From NCBI GenBank assembly GCA_963755715.1, contig CAVWLW010000028.1, positions 1 to 40,520 on the forward strand: a DNA stretch of 40,520 bases, given 5' to 3'. A model generated the notes under the pieces. The model was not told the origin of the DNA. It saw only the letters and a list, made by a program, of their open reading frames with translations, and ran no database searches. This document shows, one piece after another, positions 27,993 through 38,705 of the stretch. Positions within the stretch are counted from its first letter, which is position 1; each line of letters opens with the position of its first letter. Made by a program: the position numbers and the translations under genes. Origin of the DNA: an uncultured delta proteobacterium (GTDB lineage: Bacteria > Desulfobacterota > Binatia > UBA9968).

Positions 27993-29333
27993 TTAGTTGA
28001 AAGGGTTGGGCATGCGGCTGAAGAGCGATCGCACGCCCATCTTGCTCACCCGTTGCATCATTTTTTTCATTTCCAAGAATTGTTTCATTAGACGATTGAC
28101 GTCGGTGACAGTGGTGCCGCTTCCTTGAGCTATGCGCCGACGCCGGCTGCCGTTCAAAATCGCCGGATTGCGGCGCTCTTGAATGGTCATGGAATTGACA
28201 ATCGCTTCGACTCGCTTCAGCTCTTTTTCCGCCTTCTCCGGGTCGACCTGCGAAGCCAGCTTCTTGCCTCCCGGAATCATTTCCAGCAAGCCGCCGACGG
28301 GTCCCATTCTCTTGATTTGCTGGAGCTGTAATTGAAACTCTTCCAGCGTGAATTGCTGTTTCTGAAAGGCCTGTTGAAGGCGCGCGGCGTCTTTTTGCTC
28401 GACGTTTTGTTGGACTTTGTCGATCAGCGAGAGCACATCGCCCATGCCGAGGATTCTCGATGCCAGCCGGTCCGGGTAGAACGGTTCGAGAGCGTCGAGT
28501 TTTTCGCCGATGCCGGAAAACAGGATCGGCTTGCCGACCATCTGGCGAATCGACAGCGCCGCGCCGCCCCGCGCGTCGCCGTCGAGCTTGGTCAGAATAA
28601 TTCCCGATAAATCCAGTTTGCCGTCAAAGCCGAGCGCCTGATTGACGGCGTCCTGGCCGGTCATCGAGTCCGCGACAAACAGGATCTGATGCGGCCGCAC
28701 GGCATCTTTGATCGCAGTTAGCTCGTGCATGAGCTCTTCGTCGATGTGCAGCCGGCCGGCGGTGTCGATCAACAAAACATCGTAGAATTTTTTCTTGGCT
28801 TCATCCAAGGCTTGCCGGCAAATCGCCACCGGCGAATTTTCCGGATTGGAGTCATAGACCGGCAGCTCCAGTTCTTTGCCGAGGATCTTTAACTGCTCGA
28901 TCGCCGCAGGACGATAGATATCGGCCGGGACGAGGTATGGGGAGCGCTTCTTGTCTTTCTTGAGATGGCGCGCGAGCTTGGCCAAAGTGGTGGTTTTGCC
29001 TGAGCCCTGCAAGCCGACCAGCATGATCACGACAGGCGGCGCCGCTTTGAGATCGAGCTCATGAAAGTCGCCACCAAGCAGGCCGACCATTTCGTCGCGA
29101 ACGACCTTGATGAATTGCTGCTCCGGCGTGAGGCTTTGCAGCACTTCCTGACCCATCGATTTGGTTTTGACCGAGTCGAGGAAAGTCTTGACGACTTTAA
29201 TGTGGACATCGGCTTCGAGTAGGGCGAGACGGACCTCGCGCAGCGCATCGTCGATGTTTTTCTCGGTGATTTTGCCTTGACCACGCAGCCGTTTGAAGGT
29301 CAGCTCGAGCTTGTCAGTTAAAGATTCGAACAT
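27993..29333 (-). CDS. ffh: Signal recognition particle protein
   Basis: MFESL, GLQGSGKTT, DTAGRL, TKLDGDARGGAALS, RILGMGD, M-domain NSMT..ER...SRRRRIA.GSG. Confidence 0.97.
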   Translation of the reverse strand: MFESLTDKLELTFKRLRGQGKITEKNIDDALREVRLALLEADVHIKVVKTFLDSVKTKSMGQEVLQSLTPEQQFIKVVRDEMVGLLGGDFHELDLKAAPPVVIMLVGLQGSGKTTTLAKLARHLKKDKKRSPYLVPADIYRPAAIEQLKILGKELELPVYDSNPENSPVAICRQALDEAKKKFYDVLLIDTAGRLHIDEELMHELTAIKDAVRPHQILFVADSMTGQDAVNQALGFDGKLDLSGIILTKLDGDARGGAALSIRQMVGKPILFSGIGEKLDALEPFYPDRLASRILGMGDVLSLIDKVQQNVEQKDAARLQQAFQKQQFTLEEFQLQLQQIKRMGPVGGLLEMIPGGKKLASQVDPEKAEKELKRVEAIVNSMTIQERRNPAILNGSRRRRIAQGSGTTVTDVNRLMKQFLEMKKMMQRVSKMGVRSLFSRMPNPFN

Positions 29334-29379
29334 GAATACAGACGCTAAATTGCGATATTTTCAAGGAAAAGTTCAAAGC

Positions 29380-29408
29380 AAAGTAATATGAAATATTTCC
29401 GGAGTCAA
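29380..29408 (-). promoter_or_regulatory. Sigma70-like promoter for the ffh-rpsP-khpA-rimM-trmD-rplS operon
   Basis: Minus strand TTGACT-N17-TACTTT, between the groL terminator and the ffh start. Confidence 0.55.
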
Positions 29409-29414
29409 GGTAGG

Positions 29415-29464
29415 AAAAAATAAGAAGGCCCGCTACATGCCTCAATCATCGCATGTAGCGGGCC
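29415..29464 (-). terminator. Intrinsic terminator of groES-groEL
   Basis: Perfect 14-bp stem GGCCCGCTACATGC / GCATGTAGCGGGCC with 10-nt loop, followed on the minus strand by TTCTTATTTTTT. Confidence 0.85.
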
Positions 29465-29488
29465 GTTCTACTCAATTTGGAAAGCAAC

Positions 29489-31180
<1,692 letters not shown>

Positions 31181-31468
31181 CTACTCGATAACGCCCAGGA
31201 TGTCGTCCTCGCGCATAATCAGGTGCTCTTCGCCGTCGATATTGATCTCGGTGCCGGAATATTTTCCGAACAGGATCCGATCGTTCACCTTAATGTCGAG
31301 TGGAGTGATCTTGCCGTCGTCATTTACTTTTCCCTTGCCCACCGCCACGACTTTTCCTTCCTGCGGTTTTTCTTTGGCGGTGTCGGGAATGATGATCCCC
31401 CCTTTGCTCTTTTCCTCTTCCTCGATGCGTTTTATAATGACCCGGTCTTGCAAAGGCCTAATTTTCAC
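31181..31468 (-). CDS. groS: Co-chaperonin GroES
   Basis: [35 protein letters not shown]; AGGAGG RBS with GTG start. Confidence 0.97.
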   Translation of the reverse strand: MKIRPLQDRVIIKRIEEEEKSKGGIIIPDTAKEKPQEGKVVAVGKGKVNDDGKITPLDIKVNDRILFGKYSGTEINIDGEEHLIMREDDILGVIE

Positions 31469-31568
31469 TTCCTGCCTCCTTTCAGATTTTGGCTTAACTC
31501 ACTAATTTTTAAGGGATTTGCCTCGAAGCTACGTCGGCGCCAAAAACGCGGTAGTCTGAAGCAAAACG

Positions 31569-31596
31569 AATCTAAGCATCAAATGGATTATGTCAA
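31569..31596 (-). promoter_or_regulatory. Sigma70-like promoter upstream of groS
   Basis: Minus strand TTGACA-N16-TAGATT; no CIRCE seen nearby. Confidence 0.45.
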
Positions 31597-31644
31597 GGCT
31601 TTTCCCATGAAAATTCGTTTTGTCGCGCGCTTTTCGCGACCTGA

Positions 31645-31920
31645 TCAGCGGCGCTGCTTGCGCGCCTCTTCCTCGAAATATTTCCGGTACAAGATATCCC
31701 ACTCGCGGCTGCCCGGCGGGACGCGACGCGACAGAGAATCGATTTTCTGGCGCACGATGTCATCGATCTGATCCTCGCGCTGAAAAAACCCATGCAGCAC
31801 TTGTTTGGTTTGCGTCAGTGCCCGCCCCTCATTCGGAAAATCGCCGAGATTCGCTTTGCGCAACCCATCCATGACGAGGTGAGCGAGATGCGAGATGCGG
31901 CTTTCCGACAGGCGGTTCAT
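31645..31920 (-). CDS. DUF507 family protein (second of pair)
   Basis: RLSE.RI..LA, ID..VR.KI.SL.R.VP.GS.EWDILY.KY..EE motif; ATGA-coupled to the upstream DUF507. Confidence 0.8.
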   Translation of the reverse strand: MNRLSESRISHLAHLVMDGLRKANLGDFPNEGRALTQTKQVLHGFFQREDQIDDIVRQKIDSLSRRVPPGSREWDILYRKYFEEEARKQRR

Positions 31921-32192
31921 AAAATAAACCCTCTCTTGGCGGCGAGCTTTTGCTTTGCCAAGAGAAACATTTTGTACGGATCCAAATCCCGCGCGCCGGT
32001 GCTGTGCGATGCGAGCATCTTGCGGGCTTCCTCCTCGATCGCTTCTTCCTCGGCAAAGTTTTTTGCGATGACCTCGATAATCTTAGCCTTGAGCGCGCCG
32101 TCGGCGGCCTTGGCGACGATCAAATCCTGGTCATGATAGTTGGCCACGAGCTGGCTGGCGATGCGTTCAATTTGCTCTGGCTTGATTTTCAT
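31917..32192 (-). CDS. DUF507 family protein (first of pair)
   Basis: MK....IE.IA, EE.I.EEA..ML, D..KMF...K.KLA.KRGFIL motif. Confidence 0.8.
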   Translation of the reverse strand: MKIKPEQIERIASQLVANYHDQDLIVAKAADGALKAKIIEVIAKNFAEEEAIEEEARKMLASHSTGARDLDPYKMFLLAKQKLAAKRGFIL

Positions 32193-32196
32193 GAAC

Positions 32197-32432
32197 TGTT
32201 GAAAACCTTGTGGATAACGTTTCGAGAACCGGTGTGAAAGCTGGTAAAAATTGTGGGTTCTTTTGGATTTCTATCCGGCTGACAATGCGAAGTCAATCAC
32301 TCCGCGGCAACCCCGACAGGTTTTCTCGAGCCTGCCAAAGGCGAAAATTTCTTGTACATATCGCGCTTTTTTGTCAGTATAATAGCTTCAAAACATCGGT
32401 TACTCGGCGTCGCTTCATAGAAGTTATCCACA
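32197..32432. promoter_or_regulatory. DnaA-box cluster in a divergent intergenic region
   Basis: Perfect boxes TGTGGATAA (32209-32217) and TTATCCACA (32424-32432); degenerate TGTTGAAAA (32197-32205) and TGTGAAAGC (32233-32241); TATAAT at 32378-32383. Confidence 0.65.
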
Positions 32433-32461
32433 GGTAAACCGAACGGCCGGCTTGGTTAGAT

Positions 32462-33395
32462 TTGCAACACCCGAGAAAGAATCGCTTGACTGTGCATAAA
32501 CCGCCGCGCTTGAGGCCTGGCGCGCGCATCGGCGTCATGGCGCCGGCCGGGAGCGTAGACCGACAAGCGGTCCAGTCCGGCATCGCGGCGATCCGCGCCG
32601 AAGGGTTTGAAGTGGAATTGGCGCCGAACTTATTCGCAAGCAACGGCTATCTGGCCGGCGATGCCAGGCTGCGCGCTCAAGATCTGCTGGAGCTTTTTCG
32701 CCGCCCCGATATCGATGCGATCTTTTGCGCCCGCGGCGGCTTTGGCTCGATTCAATTGCTTCCTTATTTGACCGTGGAGGTGGAAAAGTTCCCCAAAATT
32801 TTTGTCGGCTATAGCGATATTACTGTTTTGCTCAATTGGATCCGCCAATTTTGTGGAATCGTGACATTCCATGCGCCGATGGTGGCGATGGACTTAGCGC
32901 GCGGCTTGAGTCAGCAGAGCAAAACGCATCTCTGGAGCGTGTTGACTGGGGAAACGGCTGAATGGAAACTCACTTTGGGAGAAATGATCAAACCCGGCAG
33001 GGCCGAAGGCGAAATGATGGGCGGCTGTCTGTCGTTGTTGGTAACCACGCTGGGGACGCCCTACGAGATCGATACGGTGGGGAAAATATTATTTTTGGAG
33101 GATATTGGCGAGAAACCTTACCGCATCGAGCGGATGCTCACCCAGCTCAAAATGGCCGGCAAATTGGCCCATGTGGCGGGTGTTCTGTTTGGCGATTTTA
33201 CCAACTGCGAAGACGACGGACCGAGGGGCATCAGGCAGGTAGTCGAGGAGCTTTTCAGCGACTGCGGCCTATCCGGTGGTCATGGGAATGAAAGCCGGTC
33301 ATGGCCAGGAGAATCTCACGTTGCCTTTCGGCGCGACGATGGCCCTGGATGGAAATAGTGCAAGCTTGGAGATGCTTGAATCACCAGTGGCTTAG
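32462..33395 (+). CDS. ldcA: Muramoyl-tetrapeptide LD-carboxypeptidase (S66); frameshift near 33265
   Basis: YLAG....RA.DL, ARGGFG, GYSDIT (Ser), LFLEDIGE.PYRIERML (Glu). The shifted frame gives YPVV.GM.AGHG.EN.TLPFG (His) to TAG 33395. Start is uncertain. Confidence 0.85.
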
Positions 33396-33535
33396 CTCAA
33401 AAAACGGACTCGCTGCCCGACCCATCGAACTATCTCCGCCGGCTCTTTGTTTATTGCGATCATGAAAAAGTTGCAAAAACTCAGTTCGGCGGCGCCGCAG
33501 ATTTGTTTTATTCATTGGCGTTTGGACCGTTGATC

Positions 33536-34663
33536 ATGGATTTTCACGGAGTCGCAAAATCGTTTGACGAGGCGGTGGCGGACGGCGTTTTCCCAGGGGC
33601 GGTAGTCCTGGTCGGAAAAGACGACGACGTCGTTTATGAACAGGCCTTCGGCAGCCGTTCGCTTCTGCCGAACAAGACGCCAATGCGTTTGGATACTATT
33701 TTTGACTTGGCGTCCTTGACGAAGCCGTTGGCAACCGCCGTAGCGATCATGCTCCTTATCCGCGAGCGCAAAATGCGCTTGGATGATCAGCTCACTCGTG
33801 TCATTCCAATGTATGGCGTTTTAGGCAAGAGTCTCACGACTTTTCGTCACCTGCTCAATCATTCGGCCGGATTGCCTGCCTGGAAGGCTTTTTTCGAAGA
33901 CATCATCAAAAATGAAAAGTCGGGTCGAATCAATTTCATCGCGAGCCGGGCGGCGAAGAATTACGTCTACGAGCAGGTTCATCGCGAGAAGGCGGTCACC
34001 CCGCCGGGGAGTCAAAGCGTGTACAGCGATCTCGGTTTCATAATTCTCGCCGAAGCCGTGGAAATTCTCACCGGCAATAGCTTTGACCGCTTCTGCCAGG
34101 AACGGATCTTCAAACCGTTGGGACTTCGTTCAACCGGTTTTGTCGATCTGACTCAGCTTCGAACGCGGCGTCTGCAACCGGTCGAAGAGGTCATCGCGCC
34201 GACGGAAAATTGTCCGTGGCGAAAAAAAATTCTCTGCGGCGAAGTGCATGACGACAACGCCTACGCCATGGGTGGGGTGGCGGGTCACGCCGGACTGTTT
34301 TCTTCGGCACACGAGGTGCACGCGTTTTTGGTTCGAATGAGCCAGTGTCTGCACGGCAAGGACAGTTTTTTACCGCAGGCGGTGGTGCAAGAATTCCTCA
34401 CTCGCGGTAGCTCGCCAAAGGATTCGAATTTTGCGCTTGGTTGGGATACGCCGACTGCGGGTAAATCCGCCGCCGGCAGCTTTTTTTCGCCGCGTTCGGT
34501 CGGACATCTCGGGTTCACCGGCTGCTCGATATGGTGGGATCTGGAGAAAAATTGCCACGTTGTGCTCTTGACCAATCGGGTTCATCCGTCGCGAAAAAAC
34601 GATAAGATCAAAGATTTCCGGCCGCATATCCATGATCAGATTATGAAAGTACTCTTCCCATGA
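33536..34663 (+). CDS. Beta-lactamase-family serine hydrolase (AmiE/YbbE-like), no signal peptide
   Basis: FPGAV, FDLASLTK (SxxK), YSDLG (Y-x-D), GEVHDDNA..MGGVAGHAGLF, GHLGFTG, LLTNRVHP. Confidence 0.82.
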   Translation: MDFHGVAKSFDEAVADGVFPGAVVLVGKDDDVVYEQAFGSRSLLPNKTPMRLDTIFDLASLTKPLATAVAIMLLIRERKMRLDDQLTRVIPMYGVLGKSLTTFRHLLNHSAGLPAWKAFFEDIIKNEKSGRINFIASRAAKNYVYEQVHREKAVTPPGSQSVYSDLGFIILAEAVEILTGNSFDRFCQERIFKPLGLRSTGFVDLTQLRTRRLQPVEEVIAPTENCPWRKKILCGEVHDDNAYAMGGVAGHAGLFSSAHEVHAFLVRMSQCLHGKDSFLPQAVVQEFLTRGSSPKDSNFALGWDTPTAGKSAAGSFFSPRSVGHLGFTGCSIWWDLEKNCHVVLLTNRVHPSRKNDKIKDFRPHIHDQIMKVLFP

Positions 34664-36076
34664 GCGATCTCCCGCGCGCGGGCAGCCACATTCATTTGAT
34701 CGCGGTGTGCGGCGTCGGCATGGCCTCGCTTGCGGGTCTCTTGCAAGCGCGCGGCTATCGGGTCACGGGCTCCGATCAAAACATCTATCCACCGATGAGC
34801 ACCTATCTGGCGGAAATCGGCATCGAAGTACTTTCCGGTTACCGACCGGAGCACGTATCGAACCGTCCGGACTTGGTCGTCGTCGGCAACGCAATTTCGC
34901 GCAACAATCCTGAAGCGCAAGCCGTGCTCGGTCAAAATATTCCCTACATTTCTTTTCCGCAGGCATTGGGCAGGTTTCTGATCGGGGCGCGAACTTCGCT
35001 GGTGATCGCCGGCACGCATGGAAAAACTACGACGACGGCGCTGGCCGCCTGGGTATTGACTCGCGCCGGGTTGGACCCGGGATTTTTCATCGGCGGCGTG
35101 CCGCTCAATTTCGACAGCGGATGGAAAGTCGGCACAGGCGATCACATTGTCATCGAAGGGAGATGAGTACGACACGGCATTTTTTGACAAGGGTCCGAAG
35201 TTTCTTCACTACCGGCCGCGCCATGTGATTCTTACCGGCGTCGAGTTCGATCACGCCGACATCTACCGCGACCTCGACCACGTGAAGACGGCCTTTGGCC
35301 GCTTGGTCGATATCATCCCCGCCGACGGTTCGCTGGTTGTCTGCGCCGACTATCCGGCGGCATTGGAAATTTCCAGCGGCGCTCGTTGCGGAAGCGTGAC
35401 TTACGGCGACTGCGGCGACTGGACAGCGGGCGATATCCGATTCGATCAAGGGCGGACCTTTTTCGAGCCTTGCTATCGAGGCAAGTCCGAGGGCCGGGTC
35501 GAAGTCAGCCTGATCGGCCGGCACAATCTCAAGAATGCTCTGTCGGTTTATGCGATGGGTCGAGCGATCGGCTTTGAGAGGGAGCAATTGCTCGATGGGT
35601 TTCGCACCTTTCGTGGCGTCAAGCGGCGTCAAGAGATCCGCGGCGAGCAGCGCGGCGTGTTGGTCATCGACGACTTTGCCCATCATCCGACCGCCGTGCG
35701 CGAGACGATCGAAGGAGTCAAGGCAGCCTATCAAGGACGGCGGCTCTGGGCCATCTTCGAGCCGCGCAGCAACACCAGCAAACGAAACATATTCGAGAAA
35801 GAGTTTGCCGGCGCGCTGGCGCTGGCCGATCAGGTCATCATCGCAGACGTCTATCAGCCGGAAAAGGTTCCCGAGAATGAGCGGATTTCCGTCGAAAACG
35901 TCGCGCGCGAGATCAATCAGCCTTTCGCTGAGCCGCGCGCTCGGGTCATTGCCGGCGCGGCCGAAATCGCGTCTCACGTGGCGGGCGCGGCCCGTTCGGG
36001 CGATATCGTTTTAGTGATGTCCAACGGCGGCTTTGACGGCGTGCAGGAGAAAATCTTGCAAGCTCTAACGAGATAA
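34660..36076 (+). CDS. mpl: Murein tripeptide ligase Mpl; one extra G near 35160
   Basis: HLIAVCGVGMASLA, GSDQ..YPPMS, GTHGKTTT, IEG|DEYDTAFFDK.PKFLHY, EFDHADIY, GVKRRQE, DDFAHHPT, FEPRSNT, MSNGGF. Confidence 0.9.
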
Positions 36077-36304
36077 ATAAATCCGCGCGCATTCCTGGCT
36101 GCAAAAATATTCGCCCGATATTGCCAACGCTGCTGATTTGGGCACATAGCTATGGCACTGCGGGTCGAATACCATCTCTTCCCCCTCAGCGGTGGATTTT
36201 TGCCGGGTCGACAACTTGCTTTTGCCGCCTTTGAGAAAAGACTTCAGCGCCGAAATGGCGATATAGCAAATAAGTAAAATCAGAATGAGACGGAGCAGCA
36301 ACAT
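36065..36304 (-). CDS. Small membrane protein with TRASH/YHS-like metal-binding motif (PP0621-like)
   Basis: N-terminal TM helix, then EEMV.DPQC.SYVP......YFCS.EC. Confidence 0.7.
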   Translation of the reverse strand: MLLLRLILILLICYIAISALKSFLKGGKSKLSTRQKSTAEGEEMVFDPQCHSYVPKSAALAISGEYFCSQECARIYLSR

Positions 36305-36333
36305 TGGCGCTCTCAGGCCAGGCAGACGGGGGG

Positions 36334-36837
36334 TTAGGCGTGATACAGATGAATCTTTTTGTCGTCCTTCACGTTGATTAAAAGCTCGGAGATGGTCACG
36401 CCGAGCTCCGGGTGAATGACTTGCGGGGCGATTTCGCTCAAGGGGATGAGGACAAATTTTCGGTGGGGCATTTCCGGATGCGGGATCTTGAGATTTTTCT
36501 TTTTTAGCACCGCCGAATCATAAAGGAGAATGTCCAAATCAATGATCCGGGATCCCCAGCGCTTTTTGACTTTTTTGCGGCCCATCACGCGTTCGATATT
36601 TTTAAACTTCTGGAGCAACACGTCTGGCTTGAATTTCGTTTCGATCTCGATCGCGGCGTTGACGTACCAATCTTTGGCGTCACCCAACGGTTCGCTCTCG
36701 TAAAGCGAAGATTCTTTGAGAATCTTCGTGTCGGGCAGCTTGGCGAGACGGGTCACCGCTTCCAAGAAGTTTTCCTTTTTGTTGCCCACGTTGGAACCGA
36801 TACCGACGTAGACTTGGTGCGCAATCGCGTTCGCCAT
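36334..36837 (-). CDS. folK: 2-amino-4-hydroxy-6-hydroxymethyldihydropteridine diphosphokinase
   Basis: YVGIGSNVG, SSLYESEP, IE..MGR....RWG.R.IDLDILLY, L.IPHP....R.FVL.PL.EI.P. Confidence 0.95.
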   Translation of the reverse strand: MANAIAHQVYVGIGSNVGNKKENFLEAVTRLAKLPDTKILKESSLYESEPLGDAKDWYVNAAIEIETKFKPDVLLQKFKNIERVMGRKKVKKRWGSRIIDLDILLYDSAVLKKKNLKIPHPEMPHRKFVLIPLSEIAPQVIHPELGVTISELLINVKDDKKIHLYHA

Positions 36838-36860
36838 GCTGCCGTTTAAGGGAAAGAGTT

Positions 36861-38033
36861 TTAGAGTTTGACCCGTCTAATCCTTTCCGCAACCTCCCGC
36901 AGTCGTTCCTTATCCACGCACACGGTAAAACGGACGAAACCCTCGCCGGCATCGCCAAATCCATTGCCGGGTGTGGTCACAACTCCGGCCTCATCGAGCA
37001 GCTTGGCCGTGAAGTCGGCAGAGGAAAGTCCTTTGGGACAGGAGACCCACACGTAGAACGTGGCGCGCGGCTTCTCACACTCGAGTCCCACGGCGCGTAA
37101 CCCGTCGACCAAAATATCGCGTCGTTCTTGATAGATTTTGCGCGACGGCTCGACGATTTGATCGCCCAGGCGGAGCGCTTCGATGCCGGCTTCCTGGACC
37201 GCTTGAAAAATCCCGGAGTCCAAATTGGATTTGGCCTGCGCTAGGCCGCCGACCAACTCGGGGTTGCCGACGGCCATGCCGATGCGCCAGCCGGTCATGT
37301 TGAATGTTTTCGACAAAGAATGAAACTCGATCCCGACTTCGCGACTGCCTTCGACTTCGAGAAAGCTCATTGGCCGGTAGCCGTCGTAACCCATTTCGGT
37401 ATAAGCCGCGTCATGACAAACGATGACGTTATACTGGTTGGCAAATTCGACTACCCGTCCGAAAAAGCTTTTGTCCGCCACTGCGGCAGTGGGATTGTTC
37501 GGATAGTTGATCCAGAGGAGCTTTGCCTGCTTGGCAATGTCCGCCGGGATTGCGTCCAAATCCGGCAAAAAATTATTTTCCTTTTTCAAAGGCAGGAAAT
37601 AATTTTTGCCACCGCTGAAAGCGGTGCCGATGTGGTAGACGGGATAACACGGACTCGATACCAGGACGACGTCGCCCGGGTCGACGAAGGCCACGGCCAT
37701 GTTGCCGATGCCTTCTTTCGAGCCGATCAATGATACGACTTCTTGCCCAGGGTCCAAATTGACGTTGAAGCGGTTCTGATACCATTTGGCGACGGATTCT
37801 CGGAATTCCGCCATGCCGGAGCTGTTCGGATAGCGATGGTTGACGGGTTTACTGGCGCCTTCCAACAGCTTTTCGACGATAGCCGATGGGGTGGGAATAT
37901 CGGGGTCACCGATCCCCAAGTCGATCAGATCAACGCCGCGCGCTAGAGCGGCGCGCTTCCGGCGGTCTATTTCGGCGAACAAATAGGGCGGCAACTCATT
38001 GATTCGTTTTGCTTTTTTAATGCTGAGGGACAA
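36861..38033 (-). CDS. dapL: LL-diaminopimelate aminotransferase (PLP class I/II)
   Basis: LPPYLFAEID, LGIGDPD.PT, LIGSKEG, NYPNNPT, HDAAY, EFHSLSKTFNMTGWRIG; GGAGG RBS before TTG 38033. Confidence 0.85.
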   Translation of the reverse strand: MSLSIKKAKRINELPPYLFAEIDRRKRAALARGVDLIDLGIGDPDIPTPSAIVEKLLEGASKPVNHRYPNSSGMAEFRESVAKWYQNRFNVNLDPGQEVVSLIGSKEGIGNMAVAFVDPGDVVLVSSPCYPVYHIGTAFSGGKNYFLPLKKENNFLPDLDAIPADIAKQAKLLWINYPNNPTAAVADKSFFGRVVEFANQYNVIVCHDAAYTEMGYDGYRPMSFLEVEGSREVGIEFHSLSKTFNMTGWRIGMAVGNPELVGGLAQAKSNLDSGIFQAVQEAGIEALRLGDQIVEPSRKIYQERRDILVDGLRAVGLECEKPRATFYVWVSCPKGLSSADFTAKLLDEAGVVTTPGNGFGDAGEGFVRFTVCVDKERLREVAERIRRVKL

Positions 38034-38142
38034 CTCGGTAATACCTCCGTGACAAAATCGCAACGGTTGTACCTGTTTTTTTGATTTTTGACAACCGGCG
38101 GTGAAAACCGCATGCTGAAAATTCTCTGAAAGAACGCGGCAA

Positions 38143-38643
38143 ATGGACATTGTGATAGACGGTTACAACTTGATCGGGAGCGAAAGCGGCTTGAGTGGAG
38201 CTCTCGAGCACAAGCGCAATTGGCTGATAAAGCAGTTGGTCCAATACCAAGAGATTAAAAAATTCAATTTAACGGTCGTGTTCGACGGCTGGCGCTCCGG
38301 GCAGGCGCATGAAGCAGCCGAGCGCGTTGGCGGGATTGCAGTGGTTTATTCTCGGCTTGGAGAAAAGGCCGATGCCGTCATCGTGCGCATCGCCCGCGCC
38401 CAATCCAGCGGCGCCGTGATTGTGACGTCCGACCGCGAGATTCGCAGCGCGGTTGAAAAATTGGGCGCGGTCACGGTCTCCGCGGCTGAATTTAACCAAA
38501 TTCTTCGCTCGCTCGACGGATCGTACTGCAGCGACGACGATGATGATCAGTCGGACTTTCGCACCGCAAAAAAGGGCAATGCAAACCGACTCTCGAAATC
38601 CGAGCGCCGGCATAACGACAAGTTGAAAAAATTAAAACTTTGA
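38143..38643 (+). CDS. NYN-domain ribonuclease, YacP/Rae1-like
   Basis: IDGYNL, VVFDG, VVYS..GE.ADAVI, VTSDREI and a basic C-terminal tail. Confidence 0.85.
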   Translation: MDIVIDGYNLIGSESGLSGALEHKRNWLIKQLVQYQEIKKFNLTVVFDGWRSGQAHEAAERVGGIAVVYSRLGEKADAVIVRIARAQSSGAVIVTSDREIRSAVEKLGAVTVSAAEFNQILRSLDGSYCSDDDDDQSDFRTAKKGNANRLSKSERRHNDKLKKLKL

Positions 38644-38705
38644 CCGGAAGAGATTTCTTCGAGCGATTTTGCGCAGGTTAGAGGCGAAAGGCGGTGGAAA
38701 CCGAG

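Noticed and set aside
33536-34663. Antibiotic-resistance beta-lactamase
   Set aside because: No signal peptide, AmiE-like HD.NA/GHAGLF motifs and the ldcA-mpl context point to cell-wall recycling.
35155-35170. Selenocysteine or stop read-through at TGA in mpl
   Set aside because: Continuation needs a frame change (one extra G) to restore IEGDEYD, so read-through would not help.
38034-38142. Lysine riboswitch upstream of dapL
   Set aside because: The ~110-bp divergent gap is too short and shows no matching structure.
38143-38643. Toxin-antitoxin or anti-phage PIN nuclease
   Set aside because: Motifs fit housekeeping YacP/Rae1-type NYN proteins, and there is no adjacent antitoxin or defence gene.
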